Shown: positions 9,044 to 18,394 of the stretch, one piece after another
Position numbering within the stretch: position 1 is the stretch's first letter
How the letters are laid out: each line of letters starts with the position of its first letter
NCBI GenBank assembly: GCA_012966015.1
Contig: DTRI01000094.1
Coordinates: forward strand, 1-38,151
Origin: Flavobacteriales bacterium
GTDB lineage: Bacteria > Bacteroidota > Bacteroidia > NORP154
DNA: 38,151 nt
Reading direction: 5' to 3'
Notes under the pieces: model-generated
The model's input: only the letters and a program-made list of their open reading frames with translations
The model's database searches: none
What the model was told of the DNA's origin: nothing
Translations under genes and position numbers: made by a program

Positions 9044-10081
9044 TTATTGAACGCGAATATAAGCTCCTTCATCCATTCTAGCTAATGTGCGACCAATAGA
9101 TGCTAATTCAAGCCCTTGAGCATTCGAAAAGTCTATAAATTCATTTTCACTTCCTTCCTTGACAGCCACCAATAACCCACCGCTTGTTTGAGGATCACAG
9201 AGCACATTTCGCTGCTCATCGTTCAATGCTACTATTTTATTTCCATAGCTCTCCCAGTTTCTCTTTGTACCTCCGGGTATACACTTCAAATCCAAGTATT
9301 TGTAAATACTGGCGATGGTTGGTATTGCCTTATAATGGAGCTCCGCATTAACGGAAGCGCCCTCACATAGCTCCAGTAAGTGCCCTAACAAACCAAATCC
9401 GGTAACATCAGTCATGGCCATAACATATTCCAACTTAGAGAATTCAGCACCCACCGAATTTAACTTTACCATTATATCCCGTGCAATGTTCTTATCCCCG
9501 GGTTCCAACAATTCTTTTTTCTGAGCGGTGGAGAGTATTCCCACACCTAGCGGTTTGGTGAGAAACAAACTGCAGCCAGCAGCTGCCTCTGAATTTCTTT
9601 TGATATTGGCGATATCCACAATGCCAGTCACTGCCAAACCGAATAGCGGCTCTGGGTTATCGATACTGTGACCTCCAGCCAGGGTAATACCTGCCTCTGC
9701 ACACATGGATCGGCTGCCCTCTATTACGTGATTGGCTATTTCTGCCGAAAGCTCATTGATCGGCCAACCGAGTACCGCTATGGCTGTGACTGGAGTACCA
9801 CCCATGGCGTACACATCGCTTATGGCATTGGCTGAAGCAATTCTCCCAAAATCAAACGCATCATCAACTATGGGCATAAAAAAGTCTGTTGTGCTAATGA
9901 TTGCTTTTCCATTTCCAATATCAATTACCGCCGCATCATCTCTGGTGTCACTGCCCACCAACAGATTTGGATCGTCCGGTGCCTGATGGACACTTGCAAG
10001 AATTTCCTCTAACAACAAAGGCGATATTTTACAACCACAGCCAGCACCATGACTGTATTTTGTAAGTTTTATGCTTTCCAT
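9044..10081 (-). CDS. selD: Selenide, water dikinase (selenophosphate synthetase), Cys-type
   Basis: LTKYSHGAGCGCKI, DDAAV, STTDFFMPIVDD, ANAISDVYAMGG, GGHSID, TDVTGFGLLGH, DPQTSGGLL. Confidence 0.97.
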   Translation of the reverse strand: MESIKLTKYSHGAGCGCKISPLLLEEILASVHQAPDDPNLLVGSDTRDDAAVIDIGNGKAIISTTDFFMPIVDDAFDFGRIASANAISDVYAMGGTPVTAIAVLGWPINELSAEIANHVIEGSRSMCAEAGITLAGGHSIDNPEPLFGLAVTGIVDIANIKRNSEAAAGCSLFLTKPLGVGILSTAQKKELLEPGDKNIARDIMVKLNSVGAEFSKLEYVMAMTDVTGFGLLGHLLELCEGASVNAELHYKAIPTIASIYKYLDLKCIPGGTKRNWESYGNKIVALNDEQRNVLCDPQTSGGLLVAVKEGSENEFIDFSNAQGLELASIGRTLARMDEGAYIRVQ

Positions 10082-11115
10082 AAATTCATATTATTTTCTT
10101 GAAGAAACTGATCAACGAGCTGAGCGTTAAGGACATGATCACCAGATTTAACTGGCAAAGCATGAACTTGTACAGGCTCTCTTTTATTAAGGCCGAAAGT
10201 ATATGCTTTGTCATAATATTGTAATGCAATCTTCACAAATTCCGTATAATCCTTTGATTCAAGTGCCGCTATAGCATTCTGTGCGTTTAGTCCACCCAGG
10301 CGCTTTCTTATTCTCAGGATTCCATCTCTGAGCTGCTCATCAGGGAAGTTCGTGTATTCCTTTGCAATACGTTCTGCTCGCTGTTCTACGCCCATTTCTA
10401 TAGCCACAACCGGGCTGTTACGTATCTGCGCGTATAGATCATCCGGAATCCGAACCGATCCGATTGCCTGGCTCTCATCCTCAAGAATAACAGGTTTAGA
10501 AATGTTATAGTCCTTCCACGCTTCCCAAAGATCGTTTTGAAATTGCTCCGTAGTTGGTTGGGTATTCTGTCCCAAAGCTCCAAAAGAAGAGCCCTTATGA
10601 CAGGCTAACTCCTCCAAATCAATTGTCTGATGACCACGTTCTGATAATTGCTTTAAGATATCGGTCTTCCCACTACCCGTCATCCCGCCAAGAATCAGCA
10701 ACTTCCAGTTCAGCTTAAAACAATCATACACCTTATTGCGATAAGCCTTGTAACCCCTAACCAACACTTTAACATTGTACCCATTATCAGACAAGTATTC
10801 AGAAAATCGTTCGCTTCTCAACCCTCCGCGCCAACAGTGCACAAGCAGATTTTCATTGTCATCAATTTTGGCAACCGTATCCATAAACTCCTGAATTTTG
10901 GGTTCAACTATGTTTAAAGCGATCTCAATCGCTTTCTCCCGGCCATTTTGCCTAAAGGCCGTTCCAACTATGGCCCGTTCCTCGTTGTTCAATATTGGTA
11001 TATTAATAGCACCTGGAATACAACCGCTTTCAAATTCCCTGGGTGAACGTACGTCTATCACCTTATCCGTCTTCCTTAATTCAATAAATTCTTCTATGTC
11101 CACTTTTATAATCAC
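10069..11115 (-). CDS. mnmH: tRNA 2-selenouridine(34) synthase (SelU/YbbB)
   Basis: Rhodanese domain DVRSPREF...HCWRGGLRS, GYKAYR, P-loop GMTGSGKT, DLEELACHKGSSFG, EDES. GTG start. Overlaps selD by 13 nt. Confidence 0.96.
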   Translation of the reverse strand: MIIKVDIEEFIELRKTDKVIDVRSPREFESGCIPGAINIPILNNEERAIVGTAFRQNGREKAIEIALNIVEPKIQEFMDTVAKIDDNENLLVHCWRGGLRSERFSEYLSDNGYNVKVLVRGYKAYRNKVYDCFKLNWKLLILGGMTGSGKTDILKQLSERGHQTIDLEELACHKGSSFGALGQNTQPTTEQFQNDLWEAWKDYNISKPVILEDESQAIGSVRIPDDLYAQIRNSPVVAIEMGVEQRAERIAKEYTNFPDEQLRDGILRIRKRLGGLNAQNAIAALESKDYTEFVKIALQYYDKAYTFGLNKREPVQVHALPVKSGDHVLNAQLVDQFLQENNMNLWKA

Positions 11116-11137
11116 CTGGCCATTTATTTAATTGGAT

Positions 11138-11145
11138 CAAAATTA
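11138..11145 (-). promoter_or_regulatory. -7 promoter element (TAATTTTG) for mnmH-selD
   Basis: Reverse complement of caaaatta, 23 nt upstream of the GTG. Confidence 0.55.
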
Positions 11146-11210
11146 GAAACATTAATGTTTGCGCATAAACTCAAACACCATCTCATTTATTTTTTTATTT
11201 GATATTTCTA

Positions 11211-11218
11211 TACATTTG
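11211..11218 (+). promoter_or_regulatory. -7 promoter element (TACATTTG) for the SRPBCC/GyrI gene
   Basis: Exact TAnnTTTG match 24 nt upstream of the ATG at 11243. Confidence 0.6.
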
Positions 11219-11242
11219 TAGCACTCACCAAATATTTAACAA

Positions 11243-12256
11243 ATGAATGCAATCAAAAAAATAATCATTGCAATCGTTGCGTTTGTGGCACTGGTAGCGC
11301 TAATTTCACTTTTTCTACCATCTGAAGTAACTGTTACGAGAACCGCTATAATGAATGTCCCTGCAAAAGTTGTTTTTGAACAAGTGAATGACTTCCACAA
11401 TTGGGTAAACTGGGATCCGTGGCAAGAGAAGGACCCAGCGATGAAAGCCACCTATGAAGGCCCAGAAGCAGGGGAAGGCAGTAAGCGATGTTGGGAAAGT
11501 GATCATGAAGAAGTTGGTAACGGCTGCCTCACTATTTTGGAAAGTGTACCCAATACCTCGATCAAAACCAAATTGGAATTTGAGGGGATGAGCCCTGGAT
11601 TTGGAATCTGGTCGTTTGAAGAAGATGAAGGTGAAACTACAGTTTCATGGGGAATGAAAATGGATATGGGCATGAATCCCATTGGAAAGATCATGGGTTT
11701 GATGATGGATGGCATGATTGGGCCAGACTTTGAAAGAGGACTTGCTACACTAACAGCGCTATGTGAAAACATGCCTGTAGAAGAACCAAAACCTACTATT
11801 GATGCTAAATTGGTTTCAATAGAGTCAATTCCAATTTACTCCATCAAGGATTCGGCAGTGGTTCAGGACCTCGCTGCAAAGATGAATGATTTATATAAAG
11901 AAATTCATGCCTACGTGGAAACAGTAAAAGCTGAAATGACAAGTCCGAAATTGTGCATTTGGCATAAGTGGAACCCTGAAGGCTTTAGTGTTCTCGAATG
12001 TGCTATTCCAGTTGCGGAAACGGGCGAAGGTTCTGAAACCGTTATGGCTGCTGCAACATATTCTGGCAATGCTGTAACAACTACGCATTTAGGATCCTAT
12101 GAAAGTTCTGAAGATGCTTACATTGGCTTAGAGGAATACATCAAAGCCAATGGGTACACAGTCAAGGGGCCTCCCTGGGAGATATACACCGTGGGACCTC
12201 AAGATAATCTCGATACCACAGAATGGATTACACAAATCTATTTCCCAGTAGAATAG
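11243..12256 (+). CDS. Membrane-anchored SRPBCC (polyketide cyclase/START-like) + GyrI-like small-molecule-binding protein
   Basis: N-terminal TM helix. VTRTAIMNVPAKVVFEQVNDFHNWVNWDPW and IGPDFERGL (SRPBCC). HLGSYE...AY..LEEYI...PPWEIY...WITQIYFPV (GyrI-like). Confidence 0.85.
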   Translation: MNAIKKIIIAIVAFVALVALISLFLPSEVTVTRTAIMNVPAKVVFEQVNDFHNWVNWDPWQEKDPAMKATYEGPEAGEGSKRCWESDHEEVGNGCLTILESVPNTSIKTKLEFEGMSPGFGIWSFEEDEGETTVSWGMKMDMGMNPIGKIMGLMMDGMIGPDFERGLATLTALCENMPVEEPKPTIDAKLVSIESIPIYSIKDSAVVQDLAAKMNDLYKEIHAYVETVKAEMTSPKLCIWHKWNPEGFSVLECAIPVAETGEGSETVMAAATYSGNAVTTTHLGSYESSEDAYIGLEEYIKANGYTVKGPPWEIYTVGPQDNLDTTEWITQIYFPVE

Positions 12257-12276
12257 TAGATCTGAAGCTCCATTTA

Positions 12277-12312
12277 AAAGAAGCCTCCTTGAGAAATTGA
12301 GAGGGCTTTTTT
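12277..12312 (+). terminator. Probable intrinsic terminator
   Basis: Imperfect stem aagcctc...gagggctt followed by a T run, 20 nt after the stop. Confidence 0.5.
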
Positions 12313-12320
12313 AATGTTCT

Positions 12321-12404
12321 TCATTGCGAGCGAGTGCGAAGCCATTTCTAGCTATCGTGAAGAAGAGTTGGAGATTGCTTCAGTCGTTCCTCCTTCGAAA
12401 TGAC
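12321..12404. repeat. Degenerate palindromic interspersed element (GTCATTGCGAG...GAAGCAATCTC / GAGATTGCTTC...CGCAATGAC type)
   Basis: tcattgcga pairs with tcgaaatga and gaagccatttc pairs with gagattgcttc. Lies between convergent genes. Confidence 0.65.
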
Positions 12405-12412
12405 GTTAAATA

Positions 12413-13213
12413 TTAGAACGAGTTGTCTCCACTAAGCACATCGCCTATGCCGCCGAGAATGCTCCCTTCACCTTTGCGCTTTCCGCCCATTTTGGGAGCT
12501 GAAGATATAATCCTATCGGCGAGGCGACTGAAGGGCAATGATTGAATCCAGATGCGTCCATGGCCAGAGAGAGTTGCAAAGAAAAGTCCTTCCCCGCCAA
12601 AGAGCGTGTTCTTGATACCTCCCACAAATTGAATGTCATAGTTTATGGTTTGCTCAAAGGCAACCAGACACCCTGTGTCCACTTTTTGTACTTGTCCAGC
12701 CTCCAATGTCTTTTCAATAATGGTTCCACCTGCATGCACAAAAGCCATTCCGTCACCTTCGAGTTTTTGCATGATAAAGCCCTCACCTCCAAATAATCCA
12801 ACACCAATCTTCTTCTGGAATTCAATGCCAACGCTTACTCCTTTTGCTGCGCATAAAAAGGCATCTTTTTGGCATATTACTTTTCCGTTCATCTGGCTGA
12901 GATCCAAGGCAATGATCTTACCCGGATAGGGAGATGCTAAAAACACATGCTTCTTACCTCGTCCCGTATTGGTGTAAGCGGTTAAAAATAAACTCTCTCC
13001 GGTAAGTACCCGCTTACCTGCTGAGAAAAGTTTATCCATTATCCCTGCATTTTCCTTGGCACCATCTCCAAAAATGGTTTCCATCTCTATTTCAGCATCC
13101 ATCATCATCAGGCTTCCGGCTTCCGCAATAATTGATTCTTGAGGATCTAACTCCAGCTCTACGCATTGCATTTCCTCCCCGATAATCTTATAGTCTATTT
13201 CATGATTGTTCAT
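12413..13213 (-). CDS. TIGR00266 / AIM24-family protein
   Basis: HEIDYKIIGEEMQCVELELDP, GKRVLTGESLF, CQKDAFLCAA, GLFGGEGFIMQKLEGDG, QSLPFSRLA. Confidence 0.92.
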   Translation of the reverse strand: MNNHEIDYKIIGEEMQCVELELDPQESIIAEAGSLMMMDAEIEMETIFGDGAKENAGIMDKLFSAGKRVLTGESLFLTAYTNTGRGKKHVFLASPYPGKIIALDLSQMNGKVICQKDAFLCAAKGVSVGIEFQKKIGVGLFGGEGFIMQKLEGDGMAFVHAGGTIIEKTLEAGQVQKVDTGCLVAFEQTINYDIQFVGGIKNTLFGGEGLFFATLSGHGRIWIQSLPFSRLADRIISSAPKMGGKRKGEGSILGGIGDVLSGDNSF

Positions 13214-13231
13214 AGTAACAAATATTTATTA

Positions 13232-13768
13232 TTACCAGTCGCTTGTTTTATTTGGCTCTATGTGTGCCATGCCCTTCTTGAGCTTTTCGATGAGCTCCTC
13301 GACACCTTCCACACAGAGATCTTTTATACCACTCCACATCTCAGCACTCATTACATCATAACCACAGAATGGCTCTTCTCGCTCCAGCTTTCCTCCTGTA
13401 CCAATCCTGTTGGTCTTGTCTGAATGTTTCAGTGAAGTTATTGTGTATTTATATCTCCCTTCCTTTATTTCCAGGTTCAGCATGTAGTGAACAAACCCTC
13501 CTTTTTCTGTTCCACCTGGTTTAGACATGATCTTAAACATGGATTTTGCATTGATCGTTCCATTCATGTCATTCTCAGACTTAATAACATTCGGCGATTT
13601 GTAACTGGAAGCAAACCATGCCTTGGCATTGGCGTACAATTCACCTTTCGATAATCCAGCAACTTTTACCACCTCCGTGAACTCTACCAATCCACTTGTA
13701 CCCCTGGGAAGTTCTTTCTGAGCAAATAGTGGGGAGCTGAACAGTAAAAAAAGAATAATGTATCTCAT
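13232..13768 (-). CDS. Exported DUF4468-like (TBP-like fold) protein
   Basis: Signal peptide MRYIILFLLFSSPLFA-Q. FTEVVKV...SKGELYANAKAWF and LEIKEGRYKYTIT patterns. Start moved to the ATG at 13768 because the track's TTG at 13795 lies inside a TATATTTG -7 motif (13793-13800). Confidence 0.7.
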   Translation of the reverse strand: MRYIILFLLFSSPLFAQKELPRGTSGLVEFTEVVKVAGLSKGELYANAKAWFASSYKSPNVIKSENDMNGTINAKSMFKIMSKPGGTEKGGFVHYMLNLEIKEGRYKYTITSLKHSDKTNRIGTGGKLEREEPFCGYDVMSAEMWSGIKDLCVEGVEELIEKLKKGMAHIEPNKTSDW

Positions 13769-13899
13769 ATCAATTGCATTTATGTTGAGCTTCAAATATA
13801 AAAAACATAGACGTTCAATTCCAAGACCTTACCAAGCATTTATAAACCTATTGTTCATTTGTTTACCTTAGCCATCCTTCAAAATTAAAACACAAGCAA

Positions 13900-16800
13900 A
13901 TGAGACTTTATTTATCCCTTTTGATTATTCCTTTATTGGTTGTTACATCTGATGCATTATCTCAAAAATCTAAGAAAGGTGATAAGTTCAGTGGTAAATA
14001 CAAGAGCGCCACTTTCAGCGGACTAAAGTTGAGAAGTATTGGGCCTGCCCTCACCTCAGGAAGAATCTCCGATATTGCCGTTAACCCAAATAAAACCAGC
14101 GAATACTATGTAGCAGTTGCTTCTGGTGGTGTATGGAAAACGAGCAATTCAGGAAATACCTACACACCTATTTTCGATGGGCAAGGAAGCTATTCCATCG
14201 GTTGTGTAACTATTGATCCCAACAATCCTCATATCGTTTGGGTAGGTACCGGTGAAAACAACAACCAGCGCAGCGTAGCCTATGGAGATGGTGTGTATAA
14301 ATCTGAGGATGGAGGAAAATCCTGGAACAACATGGGCCTAAAAACCTCTGAGCATATAGGTAAGATCATTGTCAAGCCGGGTAACTCAAATGTGATTTAT
14401 GTAGCCGCCATGGGGCCCTTGTGGAATGCAGGTGGTGAGCGTGGTGTGTACAAGAGCAATAACGGTGGTGAAACCTGGAAACCAATGCTGGAAATTGATG
14501 AACACACCGGAGCCACCGATCTGGTTATGGATCCGAGAAATTCAGATGTATTGTATGCTTCATTCGAGCAGAGAAGGCGACATGTGTTTACTTACATTGG
14601 CGGTGGACCTGGTTCAGGAATCCATAAAACAACCGATGGCGGACAAACATGGAAAAAGTTAACCACTGGATTGCCCAAGGTGGATATGGGAAGAATAGGA
14701 CTGGCCATCTCGCCCGTGAATCCAGATTATATATTTGCCATCATTGAGGCATCGGATAAAAAAGGTGGTTTCTTTAGAAGTACCAATCGTGGAGCGAGCT
14801 GGGACAAGATGAGTGATTACTCGACCAGCGGCAACTATTACCAGGAAATTATCTGTGACCCCAAAGACGTGGACAAGATATTCTCCATGAACACCTGGCT
14901 GCACCACACTGAAGATGGCGGCAAGAACTTTAAAAAGACGGGTGAGAAGAGCAAGCACGTTGACAATCATACGATCTGGATAGACCCAGGTGACACTGAT
15001 CATTGGCTGATTGGATGTGATGGCGGCATTTACGAGACCTGGGATCATGCTGAGAACTGGCAATACAAAGCCAACCTACCCGTCACACAATTCTATAAGC
15101 TGGCAATAGACAATGCCGAGCCCTTTTACAATGTGTATGGGGGAACACAGGACAACAATACACAAGGAGGCCCCTCAAGGACCATCAACAATTCGGGTAT
15201 CGTGAACTCAGATTGGTATATAACGCTTGGCGGAGATGGCTTTGAAGCGGCTATTGATCCCAAAGATCCCAACATAGTTTACTCACAGGCACAGTATGGC
15301 TGGCTGGCGAGGTATGATAAAAAAAGTGGAGAAAAATTAGGGATAAAACCCATGACTGGAAAAGGTGAACCAGGCTTGCGATGGAATTGGGATGCCCCCT
15401 TGCTCATCAGTCCACACAATAACAAGCGTTTATATTTCGCCGCCAATATCCTGTTCCGCAGTGACGACAGAGGCAGCAATTGGAAATCCATTAGCGGTGA
15501 CCTCACCAAGCAGATAGACCGAAATAAGCTCGAAGTAATGGGAAAAGTTTGGAGCATGGATGCTGTAATGAAGAACAAGTCGACAACAATTTATGGGAAC
15601 TGTGTTGCCCTGGATGAATCACCATTGCAAGAGAACCTGATTTATGTAGGTACTGATGATGGCCTGATACAGATTACAGAAAATGCAGGTACCTCGTGGA
15701 CAAAAATGGCTAAATTCCCCGGCATTCCCGAAACTACTTACGTGAACGACATTGTCGCCTCGAAGCATAGCGCTAGCGTAGTCTATGCAACTTTTAATAA
15801 TCACAAGAGAGGCGACTTTAAACCCTACATCCTGAAAAGCGCTGACAAAGGCAAATCCTGGACGGCAATACAGGGTAATTTACCTGCAAGGGGCTCGGTT
15901 TACGCGATTGCTGAAGATCATGAAAATCCGAAGTTGCTTTTTGCGGGAACTGAATTCGGACTATTCTTTACTATTAGTGGAGGCAATGAGTGGACACAAT
16001 TGAAAAGTGGCTTACCCATCATTGCGGTAAGAGACCTTGAAATTCAAAAAAGAGAAAATGACCTGGTTCTGGGAACATTTGGGAGAGGATTTTACATACT
16101 GGATGATTATTCGGCACTGCGCACCTATTCTGATGAGCTGATGAAAAAGGATGCACATATTTTTCCAATAAAAGATGCGCTGATGTATGTGGATTCCAGG
16201 CCCTTGGGAAACAGGGGCAAATCGAGCCAGGGCGAATCTTTCTATAACGCTGAAAATCCTCCTCTCGGAGCTGTATTTACCTTTTTAATGACCGATACGT
16301 TAACTACCCTAAAAGAAACCCGTCAGAAACAGGAAAAGAAATTGAAGAAGGCGGGCACGGCAATCCCCTTCCCTTCACCAGCTGAAATTCGGGTGGAAGA
16401 CAATGAGGAAAAGCCATACTTACTGTTTACCGTACGTGATGGGAAGAGCAATGTGGTCAGAAAAATAAAATCAGAAACGAAGAATGGCATTAACAGAGTT
16501 GTTTGGGATTTTAGATACACGGCCACCACACCCATCAAACTGAAAGAAGACAAGGTGAGCAGATATAGTGAAGCATCGTCTGGGCCGCTCGCTTTACCTG
16601 GAAATTATACGGTGTCCATGTCTAAGAGCGTTAACGGTGTAATCTCAGAATTGGTAGAACCACAGAAATTTGTATGTGTGAAGCTCAACAACACTTCACT
16701 TCCGGCAAAAGACAATGTAGAATTGCTAAAATTTGAAAATCAGGTGAATGAGTTGAGGAGAGCTGTACTGGCAACGCGCAAAGTAAAAAGTGAATCAGAT

Positions 16801-17184
16801 AATCGTTTAGAGCATATCAAGATTGCGGTGAGGTCCGCGCCAGAGGTTCCTATTGAAATGATGGAACAAATTAAAACACTAGAAAAGGAACTTTTAGAAA
16901 TAACCTTAAAGTTAAATGGAGACCACAGTCTTAGAAAACGAGAATTTGAAATACCGTCTTCTATCTCCGATCGGGTTGAAATAATCATATGGAGCATGTG
17001 GCGCGCGACGACAGCACCCACGCAAACCAATAGGGATGGCTATAGAATAGCTGCTGAGGAATTTGGCCCACTGCTGGAGGAATTGAAGGGAGTGGTAAGT
17101 AAGATTGATGCAATTGAAGAAAAGCTTGAAGACTTTAAAGCTCCTTTTACTCCAGGTAGATTTCCAACCTGGAATAATGAGTAG
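13900..17184 (+). CDS. Large exported VPS10/sortilin-like BNR (Asp-box) beta-propeller protein (often annotated glycosyl hydrolase)
   Basis: Signal peptide. RSIGPALTSGRISD. Many Asp boxes (KSEDGGKSW, KTTDGGQTW, RSTNRGASW, RSDDRGSNW). GGTQDN. C-terminal helical region. Confidence 0.88.
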   Translation: MRLYLSLLIIPLLVVTSDALSQKSKKGDKFSGKYKSATFSGLKLRSIGPALTSGRISDIAVNPNKTSEYYVAVASGGVWKTSNSGNTYTPIFDGQGSYSIGCVTIDPNNPHIVWVGTGENNNQRSVAYGDGVYKSEDGGKSWNNMGLKTSEHIGKIIVKPGNSNVIYVAAMGPLWNAGGERGVYKSNNGGETWKPMLEIDEHTGATDLVMDPRNSDVLYASFEQRRRHVFTYIGGGPGSGIHKTTDGGQTWKKLTTGLPKVDMGRIGLAISPVNPDYIFAIIEASDKKGGFFRSTNRGASWDKMSDYSTSGNYYQEIICDPKDVDKIFSMNTWLHHTEDGGKNFKKTGEKSKHVDNHTIWIDPGDTDHWLIGCDGGIYETWDHAENWQYKANLPVTQFYKLAIDNAEPFYNVYGGTQDNNTQGGPSRTINNSGIVNSDWYITLGGDGFEAAIDPKDPNIVYSQAQYGWLARYDKKSGEKLGIKPMTGKGEPGLRWNWDAPLLISPHNNKRLYFAANILFRSDDRGSNWKSISGDLTKQIDRNKLEVMGKVWSMDAVMKNKSTTIYGNCVALDESPLQENLIYVGTDDGLIQITENAGTSWTKMAKFPGIPETTYVNDIVASKHSASVVYATFNNHKRGDFKPYILKSADKGKSWTAIQGNLPARGSVYAIAEDHENPKLLFAGTEFGLFFTISGGNEWTQLKSGLPIIAVRDLEIQKRENDLVLGTFGRGFYILDDYSALRTYSDELMKKDAHIFPIKDALMYVDSRPLGNRGKSSQGESFYNAENPPLGAVFTFLMTDTLTTLKETRQKQEKKLKKAGTAIPFPSPAEIRVEDNEEKPYLLFTVRDGKSNVVRKIKSETKNGINRVVWDFRYTATTPIKLKEDKVSRYSEASSGPLALPGNYTVSMSKSVNGVISELVEPQKFVCVKLNNTSLPAKDNVELLKFENQVNELRRAVLATRKVKSESDNRLEHIKIAVRSAPEVPIEMMEQIKTLEKELLEITLKLNGDHSLRKREFEIPSSISDRVEIIIWSMWRATTAPTQTNRDGYRIAAEEFGPLLEELKGVVSKIDAIEEKLEDFKAPFTPGRFPTWNNE

Positions 17185-17189
17185 CAAGG

Positions 17190-17597
17190 CTAATCTTCAA
17201 GCAGGTGCTTTTTTTCAGCTAACCATACGGTTGCATCCTCAATATTTCCAAAAATCTTTGCTTCCCTAACTGGTTTTACTACCCTAAGATAGAATTTTGC
17301 TAATATCTTTATAGGCAGGTTATTCACTATTATCGCCTGAGCCATTCTTCGATTTATCAACTCTTTCTCTTTTGCAAAATATCTCAATGCCTCAGGAGAT
17401 GCATTACCAAACACATTTGAAGCATCAATAAGTGTAAGAAACTTTCTATCAGGGAAAATTGCGAACGCCAGATTGCGGATCCTAATAGCCTCTTCCAAGT
17501 CTACGCTAGCGCCATTCTTGAGCCGAATCAAGACAGTATCGTCGTCGAATTTCGATAGAGTCGTCCCTTTAGTATGTCCGACAGGGGAATCTGATAT
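17190..17597 (-). CDS. STAS/SEC14-like small alpha/beta protein, paralog 1 (start uncertain)
   Basis: Similar to the adjacent paralog (LIDA, ALRYF, RMAQAIIVNNLPIK, KP..E.KIFGNI..A..WL). Similarity runs upstream of the track's TTG (17531) through an open frame with no ATG/GTG. Confidence 0.65.
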   Translation of the reverse strand: MSDSPVGHTKGTTLSKFDDDTVLIRLKNGASVDLEEAIRIRNLAFAIFPDRKFLTLIDASNVFGNASPEALRYFAKEKELINRRMAQAIIVNNLPIKILAKFYLRVVKPVREAKIFGNIEDATVWLAEKKHLLED

Positions 17598-17944
17598 AGT
17601 GAGTGGTGAACTAATCTTTCAGAGCTAATTTAACATGAATTCGTGATAATAAGTGTTTTGCTTGTACTTTATCTGCTGATGCCCCACAATTATCGTTTTT
17701 TTAGTTATACAGTTTTTAAGGCCCAAATGCCTGTTAACTATTCAAAACTATTTAAAACAAAAGCATTTAACCAAATATTCAAACGGCTTTGGGACGAAAA
17801 CATGCTCTGCGGGGACGAACGAAAAGAATTAAATGGTCTGATGGCATTAAAAAGCCTGTTTTAGTTTGTTTTAGATAGGTAAGAAATTGTGTCACATCTA
17901 TTAGCAGTGGAAATTTTTGATTGCCCCAAATTTTATTCGTAGAA

Positions 17945-18355
17945 TCAGCTCTTGCTCACGAGATGCCTCAGCTCAGACAGCCATGCTATAGCCTCGTCTA
18001 TATTTCCAAAAATTTTTACCTCTCCTGCGGGTTTCTTAACTCTCATATAAATGTTGGCGAACAATCTAATTGGCAAGTTATCTACTACCATGGCTTGTGC
18101 CATTCGTAAGCCTACCAACCTTTCATCATTCGTAAAGTAATCCATAGCATCGGGATCCATTATCCCATATATTTCTGTCGCATCAATTAGCAGAAGAAAT
18201 TTTTGATTGCCACAAACCTTAATCGTAGAATCAGCTATCTCAATTGCTTCATCCAGGGATACATGCGCATCATTCTTAAATTTAATTTTTATTATCTCGG
18301 TATCAAACTTAGAGATAATAGAACCAGTTGTTTCAATCGTAGTAGAGGCGTCCAT
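17945..18355 (-). CDS. STAS/SEC14-like small alpha/beta protein, paralog 2
   Basis: ATG at 18355. LLIDAT, AMDYF, RMAQAMVVDNLPIRLFAN, KIFGNIDEAIAWL. Confidence 0.75.
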   Translation of the reverse strand: MDASTTIETTGSIISKFDTEIIKIKFKNDAHVSLDEAIEIADSTIKVCGNQKFLLLIDATEIYGIMDPDAMDYFTNDERLVGLRMAQAMVVDNLPIRLFANIYMRVKKPAGEVKIFGNIDEAIAWLSELRHLVSKS

Positions 18356-18394
18356 AAACAATAGTGATGGTATATGTTAAATAAGATTAATAGG

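Noticed and set aside
11112-11123. Mini-uORF ATG GCC AGG TGA overlapping the mnmH GTG start (tempting as a selenium sensor)
   Set aside because: Three-codon ORFs arise by chance, and there is no SECIS-like structure or other support.
17619-17636. Readthrough from an upstream ATG into STAS-like paralog 1
   Set aside because: The frame reads ATG TTA AAT TAG CTC TGA, so two stops would need suppression.
17643-17864. 73-aa plus-strand ORF between the paralogs
   Set aside because: AT-rich, no motif, lies over the probable promoter region. Likely spurious.
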